From: Planctomycetota bacterium
Lineage (GTDB): Bacteria > Planctomycetota > Brocadiia > JAADGH01
NCBI GenBank assembly: GCA_040755855.1
Contig: JBFMAD010000004.1
Coordinates: 160,001 to 224,000, forward strand
DNA length: 64,000 nt
Direction of reading: 5' to 3'
The position numbers were made by a program, and so were the translations under genes. Shown in pieces: positions 10,066 to 23,200 of the stretch (position 1 is its first letter; every line of letters begins with the position of its first letter). The notes under the pieces were generated by a model. The model had not been told where the DNA came from. It searched no databases and worked only from the letters and a program-made list of their open reading frames with translations.

Positions 10066-11127
10066 TTACCGGTACTTCCCATGCTCCGCCACCAGTTCCA
10101 TCGTGCGGCAGTACTGCTGGAAACTCACATTGTCGGGGACGGAATGGTCGGAGTGGTAGATGTAGCCGCCGCCCTGTTTCATCGCGGGGATCTTGCTGGA
10201 TATTTCCTCTTCGATGACCTTCGGGTCGGGATCGGCCATGGCGCGGACATCAATGCCGCCCATGAAAGCCAGGCGGTCGCCGTACTTCTTCTTGAGGCCG
10301 AGCATGTCGTTGCCCGCCTTCACCTCGAGCGGCTGGATGACGTCGAAGCCGGCGGCGATGAGGTCCGGGATCAGGTTCATCACGTAGCCGCAGGAGTGGA
10401 GGATCATCTTCTTCCCGCGCGCCTTGAAGCAGTCGCAGATGAGCTTGTGCGCCGGCAGAAGCTGGTCGCGATACATGGCGGGCGAAAAGAAGCTGCGGAG
10501 CTTGTGGCCCAGGTCGTCAAAGATCCAGCCCGCGTCGAGCTCGAACCCGCGCCCCATCATCTCCTCCGCGCAGGCGACGCAGAGCCGGGCCTCGGTCATG
10601 AACATGTCCTTCGTCCACTCCGGGTCCTCGACCATGGCGATCATCAGGTTCTCCGGCCCCACCATGTTGCAGATCGCCGTGAACCCCGGACCGAAGTTCA
10701 TGTAGCGGAAGAAGCCGCCGTCGGTGTACGTCTTGTGGGCCTGGAGCTGCTGCTCCCACTTGACGCGCGACTCGTTCCACGTCATGCGGCGCTTGTTCTC
10801 CTCCCAGAGCGCTTTCGTCGTGATGGTGAAGCCGACGAGTTCGGGGGTGGACATGGCGTCCTTCCAGTTCCGGCGGATCGCCCCGTTGCCGGTGGTGGTA
10901 ACGGTGTACTTGTCGGTATCCTCCTTTGTCTCCACGGGGAGTTGCATCGTGATGTCGGCGGAGTTCGCCCGGAACTCATAGCCGAAGTAGGACGTGGGTG
11001 ACTCCTTCTCCGGCAGGCCCTCCTTCCGCCAGCGCTCAATGGCAGTTCGCCACGGCGAGTCATGGACGGCGATGCGGTCGGCTTCCTTGTGCTCGATGGC
11101 GGCGAGAACTCGTTCGCGTGAGGTCAT
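10066..11127 (-). CDS. Uroporphyrinogen decarboxylase/MtaA-CmuA superfamily protein
   Basis: MTSRERV...DRI; DDLG; HSCG; QPLEVKAG; GGYIYHSDHSVP. Confidence 0.88.
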   Translation of the reverse strand: MTSRERVLAAIEHKEADRIAVHDSPWRTAIERWRKEGLPEKESPTSYFGYEFRANSADITMQLPVETKEDTDKYTVTTTGNGAIRRNWKDAMSTPELVGFTITTKALWEENKRRMTWNESRVKWEQQLQAHKTYTDGGFFRYMNFGPGFTAICNMVGPENLMIAMVEDPEWTKDMFMTEARLCVACAEEMMGRGFELDAGWIFDDLGHKLRSFFSPAMYRDQLLPAHKLICDCFKARGKKMILHSCGYVMNLIPDLIAAGFDVIQPLEVKAGNDMLGLKKKYGDRLAFMGGIDVRAMADPDPKVIEEEISSKIPAMKQGGGYIYHSDHSVPDNVSFQQYCRTMELVAEHGKYR

Positions 11128-11163
11128 GGCTCGACTCCCTTATGGGTATGTGAATCTGATCTG

Positions 11164-11191
11164 ATTATAGACCCGCGGCAGCCTATGTCAA
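11164..11191 (-). promoter_or_regulatory. sigma70 promoter for 11127 gene
   Basis: Minus strand TTGACA (11186-11191) N16 TATAAT (11164-11169). Confidence 0.7.
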
Positions 11192-11218
11192 GCGGAGAAA
11201 CCACCAAGGGGGAGTGCA

Positions 11219-11252
11219 TAAGAAACGGGGCGACGCCGCGCGGCGTCGCCCC
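11219..11252 (-). terminator. Intrinsic terminator of the giant gene
   Basis: GGGGCGACGCCG/CGGCGTCGCCCC inverted repeat followed on - strand by GTTTCTT, about 28 nt after the stop. Confidence 0.75.
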
Positions 11253-11279
11253 CCATCACTGTTCAAGAATACGCGTCGC

Positions 11280-14200
11280 TTATACGTAGAACTGGAAGGC
11301 GTTCGCCGGGGTAACGGTGCCGCTTTCCGCGCCATCCACCGTCAAGGTGTTCCCAACCCCCGGGTTGTTCGCCGTGATCTGACCGGTCGCCATGAAGTTG
11401 CCCCAGATGCGCACATCGCCGAAGAGATTGGCGAGAAGGATGCCCGAGAGGTGGGTGCGGATTTGGATCTCGTTGCCGGCGTCTGCGTTGCCGTCAATGT
11501 TCACCCTCGTCAGAAGTGACCCGGTGATGTCGAGCGTCCCGCTCATGGCGCCGTCAATGTCAATCGCGCCCTCATAGGTGGCGTCGTTGCGCGTGCTCGC
11601 GATGTCGCCGAGGACATTGATTGCGCCCGTGCCCGCGATGCTCGTGACATCGTTCTCGATCTTGATGAAGGCGTTGTCCTCGATGTTGCCGGTTACCGTG
11701 ATCGTCCCAGCCAGGATGGAATTGGCGGAGCGCAGGAAGATGTACCCGTCGGAGACGCCTGGGTTGGTGCCGACGCTGCCGTTGACGGTGATGCTGCCGC
11801 CAGGCTCAATTCCATACATAGTAACCGCCTGCCGTCCATCAACGAGGATAGCGCCAAAGAGATTGCCGTTGACGGTTATGCTGCCCGTGGCGGTGATGTT
11901 CGCACCGTCGTAGTTCCCGGTGCCTACCCGGATCGCTTCTCCGCCGCCAAGGATGTCGCCGTTGACGGTAATGGAACCGGACAGGGGGCCGCGGTAGGTG
12001 CGGATTATGCCGCCGTTCTGGATGCCGACGGCCCCGTCGCCGACCGTAATCGTTCCGGTGATGCCGAGCGTTCCCATGGCGTAGATTCGGGCGGTGTTGG
12101 TAAACTGCCCGTCAATGGTAATCGTTCCCGAAATGGCGCAGATGTCGGCTGTTTCACTGTCGCCGGCCTGCATATAGCCGCCGAAGTTGCCGCCGACCCA
12201 CATGTTTACGGCAATGTTCGGGGTCGTCTCAAAGGTCCGTATGGTTCCGCGATTGTTGACATTTCCCGCGATATTGATGGTTGCGGCGTTCTGCCGGTAG
12301 CAGACGATGATTCCGTTCATGTCGCCACCGACGTTGAACGTAAAGGAATTTTGCATCTCGTAATAGGCCAGGAGACCGGCGTTCTCGCGGACAGAGCCGG
12401 CAATGTCCACTATCCCTCCGGCAAAGTTGAATCCCGCCCGGTTGTGGATGACGCCGATGAGGTCGGCGGATGCGCCCACGGGGCCGACGGTCGTCGTGAT
12501 GCTTCCGTTATAGACCCCATCCACAATCACGACCTGACCCAGTTCGCCCTCTACCTCGATGCGCTCGGTGCCGCCGCCGTTGAAGAACCGCAGGCGGACG
12601 GAATGCAGGGCGCTGTCCAGACCATCCGCGGGATCGTCGTCGAGGTCAATGAAGCCCGTGCCGGAGACCAGACGACCCTCGGCGAAGAGCGAGTTCATCG
12701 TAATGCCGGAACCGATGACCGAGGAGATGTTGCGGGCCGCATCGTCGAATCGCAACGCCTCGATGATCTCGCCCGTCCCGGCATAGAGATAGGAATAGGT
12801 CATCGCGCCGCCGTTGGCCGGGTCGGCGGTTACGGAAAGCGCGCCGTTGCCGAAGGCCTGGTTCCACGTAGCGCCCGCGGCGAGGGTTCCCTGGGCGTAG
12901 GTCAGGTCGGTGTTGTCGGCGCGGATTGTCCCGGTATTGACCCCGGTGATCCGGACGCCGCCGCCCCTGAATTCCTTGAAGGCCTCGATCCGGCCGGTGA
13001 AGCCGCCGTCCATCTCAATATCCGGGATGTAATAGCCCAGAATCAGGCCGGTCAGGTTGCCGCTGCTGCCCACGTCAATCTCGCAGTACTGGAAGCTGCC
13101 CTGCGGCACGCCGACCACCTCGTGGTCGCGCCCGAAGGAGCGGATGATGCCCGTCATGCCGCCCTCGGCGAAGTTCATCGAGCTGGTCCGCCCGAAGTTG
13201 GCATAGGTTTCCTCAGGATAGGGCTCGGACGCCGGCCACTCGTTCGTGTCGTACCCGTCGCCGACCGCGATGGCGCCCCGGAAGGTGTTGCGGAAGGTGA
13301 TGCCGGCGTTCATGCCGCCTTGGATAAACGGGGTCCAGCCGTAGTTATCGCGATACGGCGCGCGCAGGGAGCGAATCTCCGCCTGGTCGGTCGAGCCGCC
13401 ATAGACGTAGATCGTGTTCGCGAGGCCGATGCCCGACACGTCCACGGAGGTGTTCCTTGTCGCGCCCAGGATCTGGCCCTGGAAGGCGTCGGCGTAATAG
13501 GCGCCGTAGATGTAGAAGGCGGCGTACTCGAATCGCTCGCAAATCAGCCGCGCCGTATGGTCCATGTAGGCCTGCCCGGCCAGGGTGACCCCGTCTCTCC
13601 CGATATAGAGCGGAGTGTTGTAGTAGGACCCAGTGCCGCCGTCGTTGCGCGGGGCGTGGATGAAGACATCGCCATACATGATGCCCGTGCCGTCGTAGCC
13701 GATGCGCATCCCCGCCAGGCCCGTGGTAGATTCCAGCATCACTCGCCCGTCTGCGATATCGAAGAGCGATGTGGTGACCGTGGGCGCGCCGAAGTTGCCG
13801 TTAATCAAGAATGACGACCCGCGACGCGTGGCGGGCTCGGCGCCGGTGTAGTCCCTTCGATACACGTCCGTATTCTGACCGTTGACATCGAACAGGCCGA
13901 CCCAGTCGCCGAGGACGGTGATATCGCCCTGGAAATCGTTGTTGTTGTAAGGCGTGTAATCAATCTCCGCCCCTTCGGTAAAATTGCGCCCGATCGAGAT
14001 CGTGCTTCGCTCGTTCGCGTCGCCGATCAGCATCCGGGCGACGAGGTTGATATCACCCGTCAGGTCCTTGCCGATGGCGATTGTGCCGCCGCCCGCCACG
14101 GCCACATTGCCGTTCCCGTAGGTCCCGACCGTCAGGTCGCCCCACAGGGTGTTGAGGATGTTGACTGTCACGCCGTTCGGGATGGCTGGATTGCCGGTTA

Positions 14201-17200
14201 TCCGGACGTATCCGCCGAGATTATACATCGTTATGTTGCTTGCCAGGGCGGGGAACTGGACCGGGTTCAGCTGCGTGCCGGCGAGGCTCAGGCCGCCGGC
14301 GGCGTTCTGGCCGTCATAGGTGATGCCCGAGGTGCGGATCGTCTCCCAGTTCGGTCCAGTGATACTGCCGGCATACAACTCAAGAGTGGGTGATTCATAG
14401 GCCCAGGAATCGCCCGCGTTGTAGAAGCGCCCGTCGAGCGTCAGGCGGAACTCCGGCAGGCCCGCGAGGCCGCTCACAATGGGCGTGGTGAATATCCGCG
14501 TTCCCGCCGCCGCGTCATCGCCGATGATGAACGTATTCGCAGCGGTCAGGGCAGGCTGGTTGAGCGCCGTCGTGATCCGTCCGCCCATCACGCCTGTGCC
14601 GCCGAGGCCCTGCACGCGAACGCCGGCCGCGCCGGTGAAGTTGGCGATGCGGCCCGTGGAGTAGATCCAGCCGTCCGAGCCATTATCCACGTCGTAGACC
14701 AGATTGCCGCCGACGTCAATCAGACCGTTCATGGCGTTTGCGCCCAGATTGATCGTGCCCCAGACGTCGTTGGCGATCGTCAGCGTCTCTCCTGCGCCGA
14801 TCGGGTCGGTGATTGTCAGGTTGCCGACGTTCAGGATAATCGGGTTCGTCGCATCAAACGTGTTGATCGTGGCGCCGGCCACGCTCGCCAGGGGCGTGAG
14901 CGCGCCGTGCGTCGCGCCTGCATATGTCACGGCGTTGAGGATGGTGTTGAGCTCGCCCAGGGTCACCGGCGCGCTGATGGTCAGCGACGGCGACTCGAGC
15001 GCCCATCCGCCGCCGATGTTCCGCCCGTCGAGCGTCACGGAGGCCGCCACGGCCGGCCCGCCGCCGGCATAGTTGAACGTGCGCGTGCCGCCTACGCCAT
15101 CAACGCCCCACGTGAACGTCGTCGCAACGTTTAGAGGATTCATCGCGAGGGTGATCCGGCCGGGCAGCGCCCCGCCGCCGAGTCCCTGGATGCGGATGCC
15201 GGCCGCGCCGGTGTAATCGGCGATGGTCCCGCCGGCCTGGATGAAGGAGTAGTCCATCATTGTGTTCGTGATGTCAATGAGGCCGTTGATGGCCCCGCCG
15301 ACGGTGATGCTGCCCTTCAACGGCCACACCTGCGGATTGCCGAGCTTGTCATAGCCGTTGGCCACGTCCTTGCCGAGGTCGTAGGCGTAAATCGCGCCGG
15401 CCATGTTGCCGTTGACAACGATCTGGCCCGTGATATCCTCGCCTGAGATTGGGGCAGTTGTGCCGCCCGGCATAATGGCGCCGGAGGCCGTGATGTCGCC
15501 GTCAATCTCGATGCGGCCGCGAATCTCCTGGCCGGCCGCCGTCCAGATCTCGCCTGTCAGGTTGCCGCCGTTGATCGTGCGGATTGTGCCTTCGAGCATG
15601 CCCGACGTGATGCGCACCTCGCCCAGGTCGCCGTCAATCCTCACCGTGTAATCCGGGTGATCGAACTGGTCCAGTCGGAGGAAGTTCACATTGCCGTTCG
15701 TAATGTCGAGGCCGACGCCTGTGTTGCTGATCGTTCCGTCGCCGACCACGATGTCCGGGTTGGCCTTCACGCGGCCGTCAATCCGGATGGACTGGAAGTT
15801 GAGGTTGCTCGCCACAAAGCTGTCAATGTCGTCGCTCACATAGGCCGAGGCGACCGTCGCGCCGTTGTAGATGATGCCATAGCCCACATCGCGCACGCCG
15901 TCCCAGAAGACATAGACATTGTTGCCGGAGATGTTGACCACGTCGAATGGGTTCGGGTCCTCCGCCGTGCCGGTGATGTTGCGCCCGCCGTGGAGCTGGC
16001 CGCCGGCGTAGCTGTATCCCACGCCGCCGATGACGATGGTTACGTTCTGCGCGCCTCCGATCAGCAGGCCGGAATCGTAGAAACCGTTGGCCGCTGTAAC
16101 GATCGTGCTGCCTGCCAGCGTGTTGCCCTGAATATCGACCAGGCCGCCGGTGACCACGCCGCCGACGTTGAGCGTTCCACCCAGTTCCTCCAGCGACAAG
16201 ATGCCCGTCACGTCGCCGTTCGCGTTGAAATAATCCGTCGAGAGCGTTTCGCCCGCCGCGAGGATGCCGCCCGTCCAGCTCTCAAGCCAGCCCTGGACCT
16301 GGAAGGTGCCGAAGGTCTGGCCATCAGCATGGACGTTCCCGGCTGTGGTGATGCCGTTGCCGACGGCTGCGGTGATCTGGATCATCAGCTCGGAATCCGA
16401 CGTCGCGCCTGCATAAACGATGTCAACAAGGTCCTGGCCGAGGCCGGCAGCGACGAAATACAGCGTGACCGTGCCGGCGCCGCCTGCGGCATAGGTGACC
16501 TCGACCGTATCGCCGTCGCTGTCGGTGTAGGAGAAGGCCGGATCGCCCGGATTCAACACCGTCCCGGCGCCGGGGCCGAAGAGGGTGTTGTAATCGTTGT
16601 TTATCGTCCCGTCCGACTGGCGCCAGTAGGTCAACTGGGACTTGGTGGCGACGTCGCTGGTCAGCGTGGCCGCGTTGTTGTCGTCATAAGCGCGGAGCGT
16701 GCCCGTGCTGCTTGGATTCGGCGCAACAAACACATTCCCGAACATCTCTGCCGCCGCGTTGCCGATCTGGATGAGGCCGTCGAAGTCGCCGTTGATCCGC
16801 ATCTCGGCGCCGGCCGAGGCGTTGCCGTCCGCGATGATCGAGGCGCCCGGCGACATATTGTTCACCGAGATCGAGTATGCGCCCGGGCCGACGGGGGTCA
16901 GGATGTCGCCGCCGATGTCAATGACGCCCGCCGTGCGGCGGCTGGTGATGCTGCCGCCAATGGTGATCGTTCCGATCACGTCGTCGGGGATGTAGATGTA
17001 TGCGGTGGTGCCGATGCCGCCGGCAATCGAGATGCTGCCGACCACGTCTGCTACGGCGTCTCGAAGGTAAATGTACCTGTCCTGGCCGGTCAACTGGCCG
17101 CCGACTGTGATCGAACCGGTGGCCGTGATGCCGATGTCGCCATAGATGTTCAGGTAGCCGGCCAGGTCGCCGCCGATGGTGATGTCGCCGGCGAGGTCCG

Positions 17201-20200
17201 CGGTGGTGTCGTCAGTGCCGTCACCGATATAGAGATAACCGGCCATGTCGCCGCCGATAGTGATGTTGCCGTTGACATGGCTGTCCGGGGTGCGCTGGGT
17301 CTGGAACCAGGCGCCCACCCGCATGTCGCCATCAATGACGATGTTGCCGTCCATGTGGTTGGGGAAGACCAAAACGCCACGGTGGTCGCCGCGAACACGG
17401 AGGTTGCTGTTGAATCCGCTGTTCCACCAAGCGTAGGACCAGAAGCCCGCTTGCTGCCGGATGTCGCCGCCGAAGTCGAAGTCGCTCGCGGCCGCGTAGT
17501 TCTGCGTCGCCCGCATGAAGATGACACCGGTCAGGTCCGCCCCGGAATCGGCGACGGGACCGGGGGTGGTAGTCACGTCGCCGACGAAGCCGTTGGCGGT
17601 GGCGGTATTGATGATAAACTGGCCGAACTCGCCTTCGACATAAATGGTGTCGCCGCCTTCGAAGATGTTCACTCGGAGGGATCGCAGGCCGCTGTCGAGT
17701 CCATTGGCCGCATTGTCCGACAAGGTGATTGACCCGGCCGCGCCGTTGTTGTCGAGATTTCCCTCGATCTGGATGGACTCAAGAATTACGCCAGAACCCA
17801 CGATTGACGCGATGTCTCTCGCGCCGTCCTCGAACCGAAGGGCCTGGACGCGCTCGCCGCTGCCGGAGTAGACATAGGAATAGGTGGTAGCGCCTGCGTT
17901 GCCCGGGTCGGCGGTTACATCAAGCGTGCCGCCGCCGAAGGCGAGGTTCAGGGTGGCGCCTGCGGCGATCGTGCCCCGGACGTAGGTCATGTCCTGACCG
18001 CCGGCGCGGATCACGCCGTTGTTTGCACCGTTGAGCCACAGGGCGCCGCCGCGGAAGGAGTCGAATGCCTCAATGCGGCCGGTGAAGTTGGACGCGGCAT
18101 CAAAGATCTCGGTGTCAACTACAAAGTAACCCAGGATTTGGCCGCTCACCGTGGTCCCCGCAATCGTGATGTCGCCGTGGTTCATGACGCCCTGGAACTC
18201 GCCGTTTGCATCATACACACCCCGGCCCAGAGAACGGATGACGCCTGTGAAATTGCCTTGAGTGGGGCCGGAGTCCTGGATGCTGACACTGAAATTGCTG
18301 CCAAACGTGGCGAGGGCGTCGTCGCCATAGCCATCGCCTGCAACGATGGCACCGGCCATTAGGCCGTTGATTGTGTAGGACCCTCTGAACGAGCCGAGGC
18401 CGATCTGGTCGCGGTTGAACGACCAGGTGGAGCGTCGGGTGCCGAAGCTCCGGATCTCACCCTGGTCGCTCATCCCGCCGTTGTAGACATACAAGTACGA
18501 GTTGTCCCCAAAGGGGAACGGATAGTCGTTGATGGCGCGGGAGATAATCTGCCCCTGCATGGCGTTGGGATTTCCGCCGCCGTAGATGGACAGGCGGTTG
18601 TCGTGGTATTGATCGGCAATCCATCGAGAGGTATGAGCCATGTAGGCGTCGCCATTGCCGGACGCCGCCGTGCCGATCCAGCTGCCAGAATACCAGTTGA
18701 AGTAACCGCGATCCGTCCCGACATTGGTGCGGCCCCAGACGTCGCCATACATGATGCCCGAGCTGTCTGTGCCGATCCGGAGGCCGCGATTATTGTCTTG
18801 CGTGCGGAAGTAGGCATTTTCGATGTCAATCAACGTCCCGTGCACCGTCGGCGAGCCGAAGTTGCCGTAGATATTGATGTCCCAACTATTTCCGCCGGTG
18901 TCCGCCAGCCGCACGTCCGTGCCGTTCATGTCCAGCACGCCGAGCCAATCGCCTTGGATGGCGATGTCGCCATAGTAGTACTGTGGGCTGCCGCCGATAG
19001 TGTAGTCAATCTCCGCCCCCTCGGCGAACGATCCCCGGATGTCGAGCAGGCCATTGATGCCGAAAGCGCCGCGGAAGTTAATGCTTCCCATGAGGTCGGC
19101 GCCGATATAGATGTCGCCGTCGAGCAGCGTGTTTGCTGTCGCCGCGTCGCCGATGTTCAACGCGCCCCAGAGATCGTTGTTGATGGTCATCGTGTTTGCC
19201 GCGCCGATCACGGCCGCGTTCGTCAGCCCCAGGTCGCCGAGGTTGTAGGTCGTAAAGTTGGTGTAGGCGGCGAAGTTGTATCCGGACGCCGACAGGCTGA
19301 GGCCGTTGGCCGCCGCGACGCCGCGATAGGTCGTCCCGGCGCTTGTTCGGATGGTCTCCCACTCGGCCAGCGTAAGCGCGCCGCCTGTGCGGATGAGCGT
19401 CGGCGACTCCAGGCTCCACGAGGCCACAAAGTCCGGATTGACCGTGCGCCCGTCGAGCATGAGTGCGAACGTATGGGTCAGGTTCAGATCGGCCGTGGCA
19501 AAGGTCCGGATGGCCGCGCCGCCTTCGCCGATGGAGAAGGAGCGCACCGCGTCCAGGTTGCCGTAGGTCGCCCAGATGCGTCCGCCCATCCTACCCGCCG
19601 CGCCGAGGCTGTTCACTCGGATGCCGCGGGTGTTTGTTCCGTCGTAATTGATTATGGTCCCGCCGGGGGTTCCAATGTATCCATCGGACCCGTTGTCGCG
19701 GTCGTAGACCAGGTTGCCGCCGATGTCAATGAAACCGTTCATAGTGCCGACGTTGATCCAGCCCCAGACATCATTGACAACGGTTAGCCGCTCGCCCGCG
19801 GCGATGCCCGCGACGTCGGTGATCGTCAGGTTACCGACGTTTAGGATTCTCGGGTTAGTCGCATCGAATACCCCGATCGTGGCGCTCGCCACGCTCGCCA
19901 GAGGCGTGAGCGCGCTGTGCGTGACGCCGTTATACGTCACGGCATTGAGGATGGTGTTGAGATCGGCAAGGGCAATTGACGCGGTGATGGTCAGCGACGG
20001 CGACTCGATCGCCCACCCGCCGCCGATGTTCCGCCCGTCGAGCGTCATGGAAGCCGTCACTGGCAACCCGCCGCCGGCGTAGTTGAGCGTTCGCGTGCCG
20101 CCTACCCCATCAACGCCCCAGGTGAAGTTCGTCGCAAGATCCAGGGTATTCATCGCAAAGGTAATCCGTCCGGGCAGCGCGCCGCCGCCGAGTCCCTGGA

Positions 20201-23200
20201 TACGGATGCCGACCGGGCCGGTGTAGTCGGCGATGGTCCCGCCGGCCTGGATGAAGGAGTAGTCCATCATCGTGTTCGTAATGTCAATGAGGCCGGTGAT
20301 GGCCCCGCCCACGGTGATGCCGCCCTTGAGGGCCCAGACCTGCGGATTGCCGTACTTGTCCTCGCCGTTGGCTACGTCCTTGCCGAGGTCGTAGGCGTAG
20401 ATCGAGCCGTTCATGGCGCCGCCCACGACGATCTGGCCGGAGATGTCCTCGCCGCTGTTCATCGTCGTGTCGCCGCCCGGCATGATGCGGGCGCCGGCCA
20501 TGATGTCGCCGTTGATCTCGATGCGGCCGCGAATCTCCTGCCCGGCGGCTGTGATGATATCGCCGGTAAGGTCGCCGCCGTTGATCGTGCGGATTGTGCC
20601 TTCGAGCATCTTGTCCACGATCCGGATCGTGCCGATGTTGCCGTCCACCTGAATCGTGTAATCGGGATGGTCGAAACGATAGAGCCGCAGATAGTTCAGG
20701 CTTCCACCGGCGATGTCAATGCCTCTGCCGGTGCTGACCTCCGAGCCGCTGTCCTTGATAATATCGGACACGGCCTTCACGCGGCCGTCAATGCGCATGG
20801 ACGTGAAGCTGAGACCGCTGGAGACCACGCTGTCCAAATGGTTGTCGGCGTAGAACATGCTGACGGTGCTGTTGTTAGGCGTGAGGAAGCCGTAGTTCAC
20901 ATCGTAGACGCCGTCCCAGAAGACGCGCAGCGTGCTTGCGCCGAGTGTGGTGGTGTCGGAGGGATTTGGATTCTCAGGCGTACCGTTGACGTTTCGCCCG
21001 CCGTGGAGGAGGTTGCCATAGTAGGTCTGGGCGACGCCGCCGATGGTGATGGTGGCGGTCGGGCTGACGCTGCCATGGATAATCATTCCGCCGCCCAGGA
21101 AACCCGCCGCCTGGAAGGCCATCGCGCCGTTCAGGTCGCCGCCGATCTCGAGGATGCCGGTGATTGCGCCTTCGAGCGACATGCTGCCCACGTCGTCCGA
21201 CGTGTAGAGCCGTTCGCCCTCGACGAGCTGGCCGCCGATCCAACTTCCGACGCTGCCGTCAATGGTGAATGTGCCGAAGACCTGACCCGTCGCCGTCACC
21301 TGGCCGGCGGTGGTGATGCCGTTGCCGACCACCGCCGTCACGGAGATGTCGAGATTCGACGCAGCGGTCGCCCCGGCATACGTGGTGGTGAAGATGTCCT
21401 GGCCCAGGCCGATCGAGACGAGCTCCAGAGTAACCTGGCCCGTAGAACCGGCGGCGTAAGTAACCGTCACCGAGTCGCCGTCGCTGTCGGTGAAGTTGTA
21501 ACTGCCGCCCGGATTGATTACCTGCACATTGTCCGCCCCGAAGAGCAAAAGCGGATTGTTGCTCGTCTGCGCGTCGGTATCGCGGATGTAGGTCAACTGA
21601 TTGGCCGTGGCGCTGTCCGTGGTAAGGCGCGCGAGCATATTCCGGGCGAAGGCCCGCATCGTGCCCGTGCTGCCCGGGTTCGTCGCAATCGTCACATTGC
21701 CGAACGTCCCGGCCCCGCCGGAACCGACGCGAATCAGGCCGTCCATCTCGCCGAGGAAGCGAAGCTCTGCGCCGGCGGCGGCGCTGCCCACGGCCTGGAT
21801 CCCACCGGTTGCCGTCACATTGCCGCCCACGGAGATGGAATACGCGCCGGCGGTCGTGATAGCGCCGGGGATGGCGATCTGGCCCGTCAGATTGCCGCCG
21901 ACGGTGATCTGGCCGGCCATGTTGCCCGCGCCGATGGTCATACTGCCCAGGTTGCCTGTGAGGTTGAGCGTGTCCGTTGCGCCGAATGTCGCGAGCGTCA
22001 GCGTGCCCTCGATACCGGGCGCGTTCGTGGTGGTGATCGTCTGGGCGGTGACATCGAACATCGTCACGCCGGTTGATGCAAGCGCATCCGCCGTCCCAGC
22101 GCCCAAATTGAGATTGGCGCGGCCAGCGTTGGTCAGGAAGCCGCCTTCCTGCCCCGCTGCGCCGCCGACTGTGAGGGCGAATGTCCCGCCGACGAGGTTG
22201 GTCGCCGCAACCGTCTTGTTCACGCCGCTTTCGCGGTAGCTGTAGCTCGGGTTTCCGGCGGGGAGCGTCACGCTGAATCCGCCGCCGCTGAGGCCCTGGA
22301 TGACCCCGCCGATATCAATTGTGTTGTTGTTGATGACGCCGCCGACGGTGATCCAGCCCGTCAGGTCGTCGCCCGTAATGAGCGAGCCGGCCAGGTCGCC
22401 CTCGAGCGACATGGCGCCCACGTCGCCGAATATGCCGCCGGGCAGCGTGGAGATCGTCTCGCCGGCCACCAGTTGGCCGCCGGTCCAACTCTCAATCCAC
22501 CCTTCGACGGTAAAGGAGCCGAATACCTGGCCTGCGGCGAACACGTCGCCGGCCGTCGTCGCGCCGTTGCCCACTTGGGTAACAATCGTGAAGGAGAGGT
22601 TCGACGTGGCGTCGGCGCCTGCGTAGGTCACCGTGTCCACATCGGCCCATCCCCCCGTAAGGAAGTTTAGCGTGACGGTGCTTCCAACGGGACCGGCGTA
22701 GTCCACGCGCACCTGATCGCCGTCGCTGTCGAAATAGGTAATCGAGTCGCCGGGGTTCAGCACGACAAGCGGAGGCGGTACGATGCCGAACAGCGTGTTC
22801 GGGTCGTTGTTTGTCACGGCGTCAATGTCCCGTGTGTAGGTCAAAAGCCCGGCCGTAAATGAGTCTGATGTGAGGGTGGCGGCGTCATTGTCGTTGCGGG
22901 CGCGGAGCGTGCCCGTGCTTCCGGGGTTCGGCGCCACTGTAACATTACCGAATCTGCCGGTGAAACCGGCTCCACCCGACCCTACGTAGACGCGACCATC
23001 AAACTCGCCCAGGAGGCGTATCTCGGCGCCGAGCTCGGCATTCTCGCGGATGTCAATGTACGAGCCGGCGGCGAGGCGGCCTCCGACGGAGATGGAGTAC
23101 GGCGCCATGCTGTTGATCTCGCCATTGATGTCAATCGCGCCGGCGGCGCGCGTGCCGGTGATGTCGCCAGTGACGGTGATCTGCCCCAGGCCGGTCAGAT

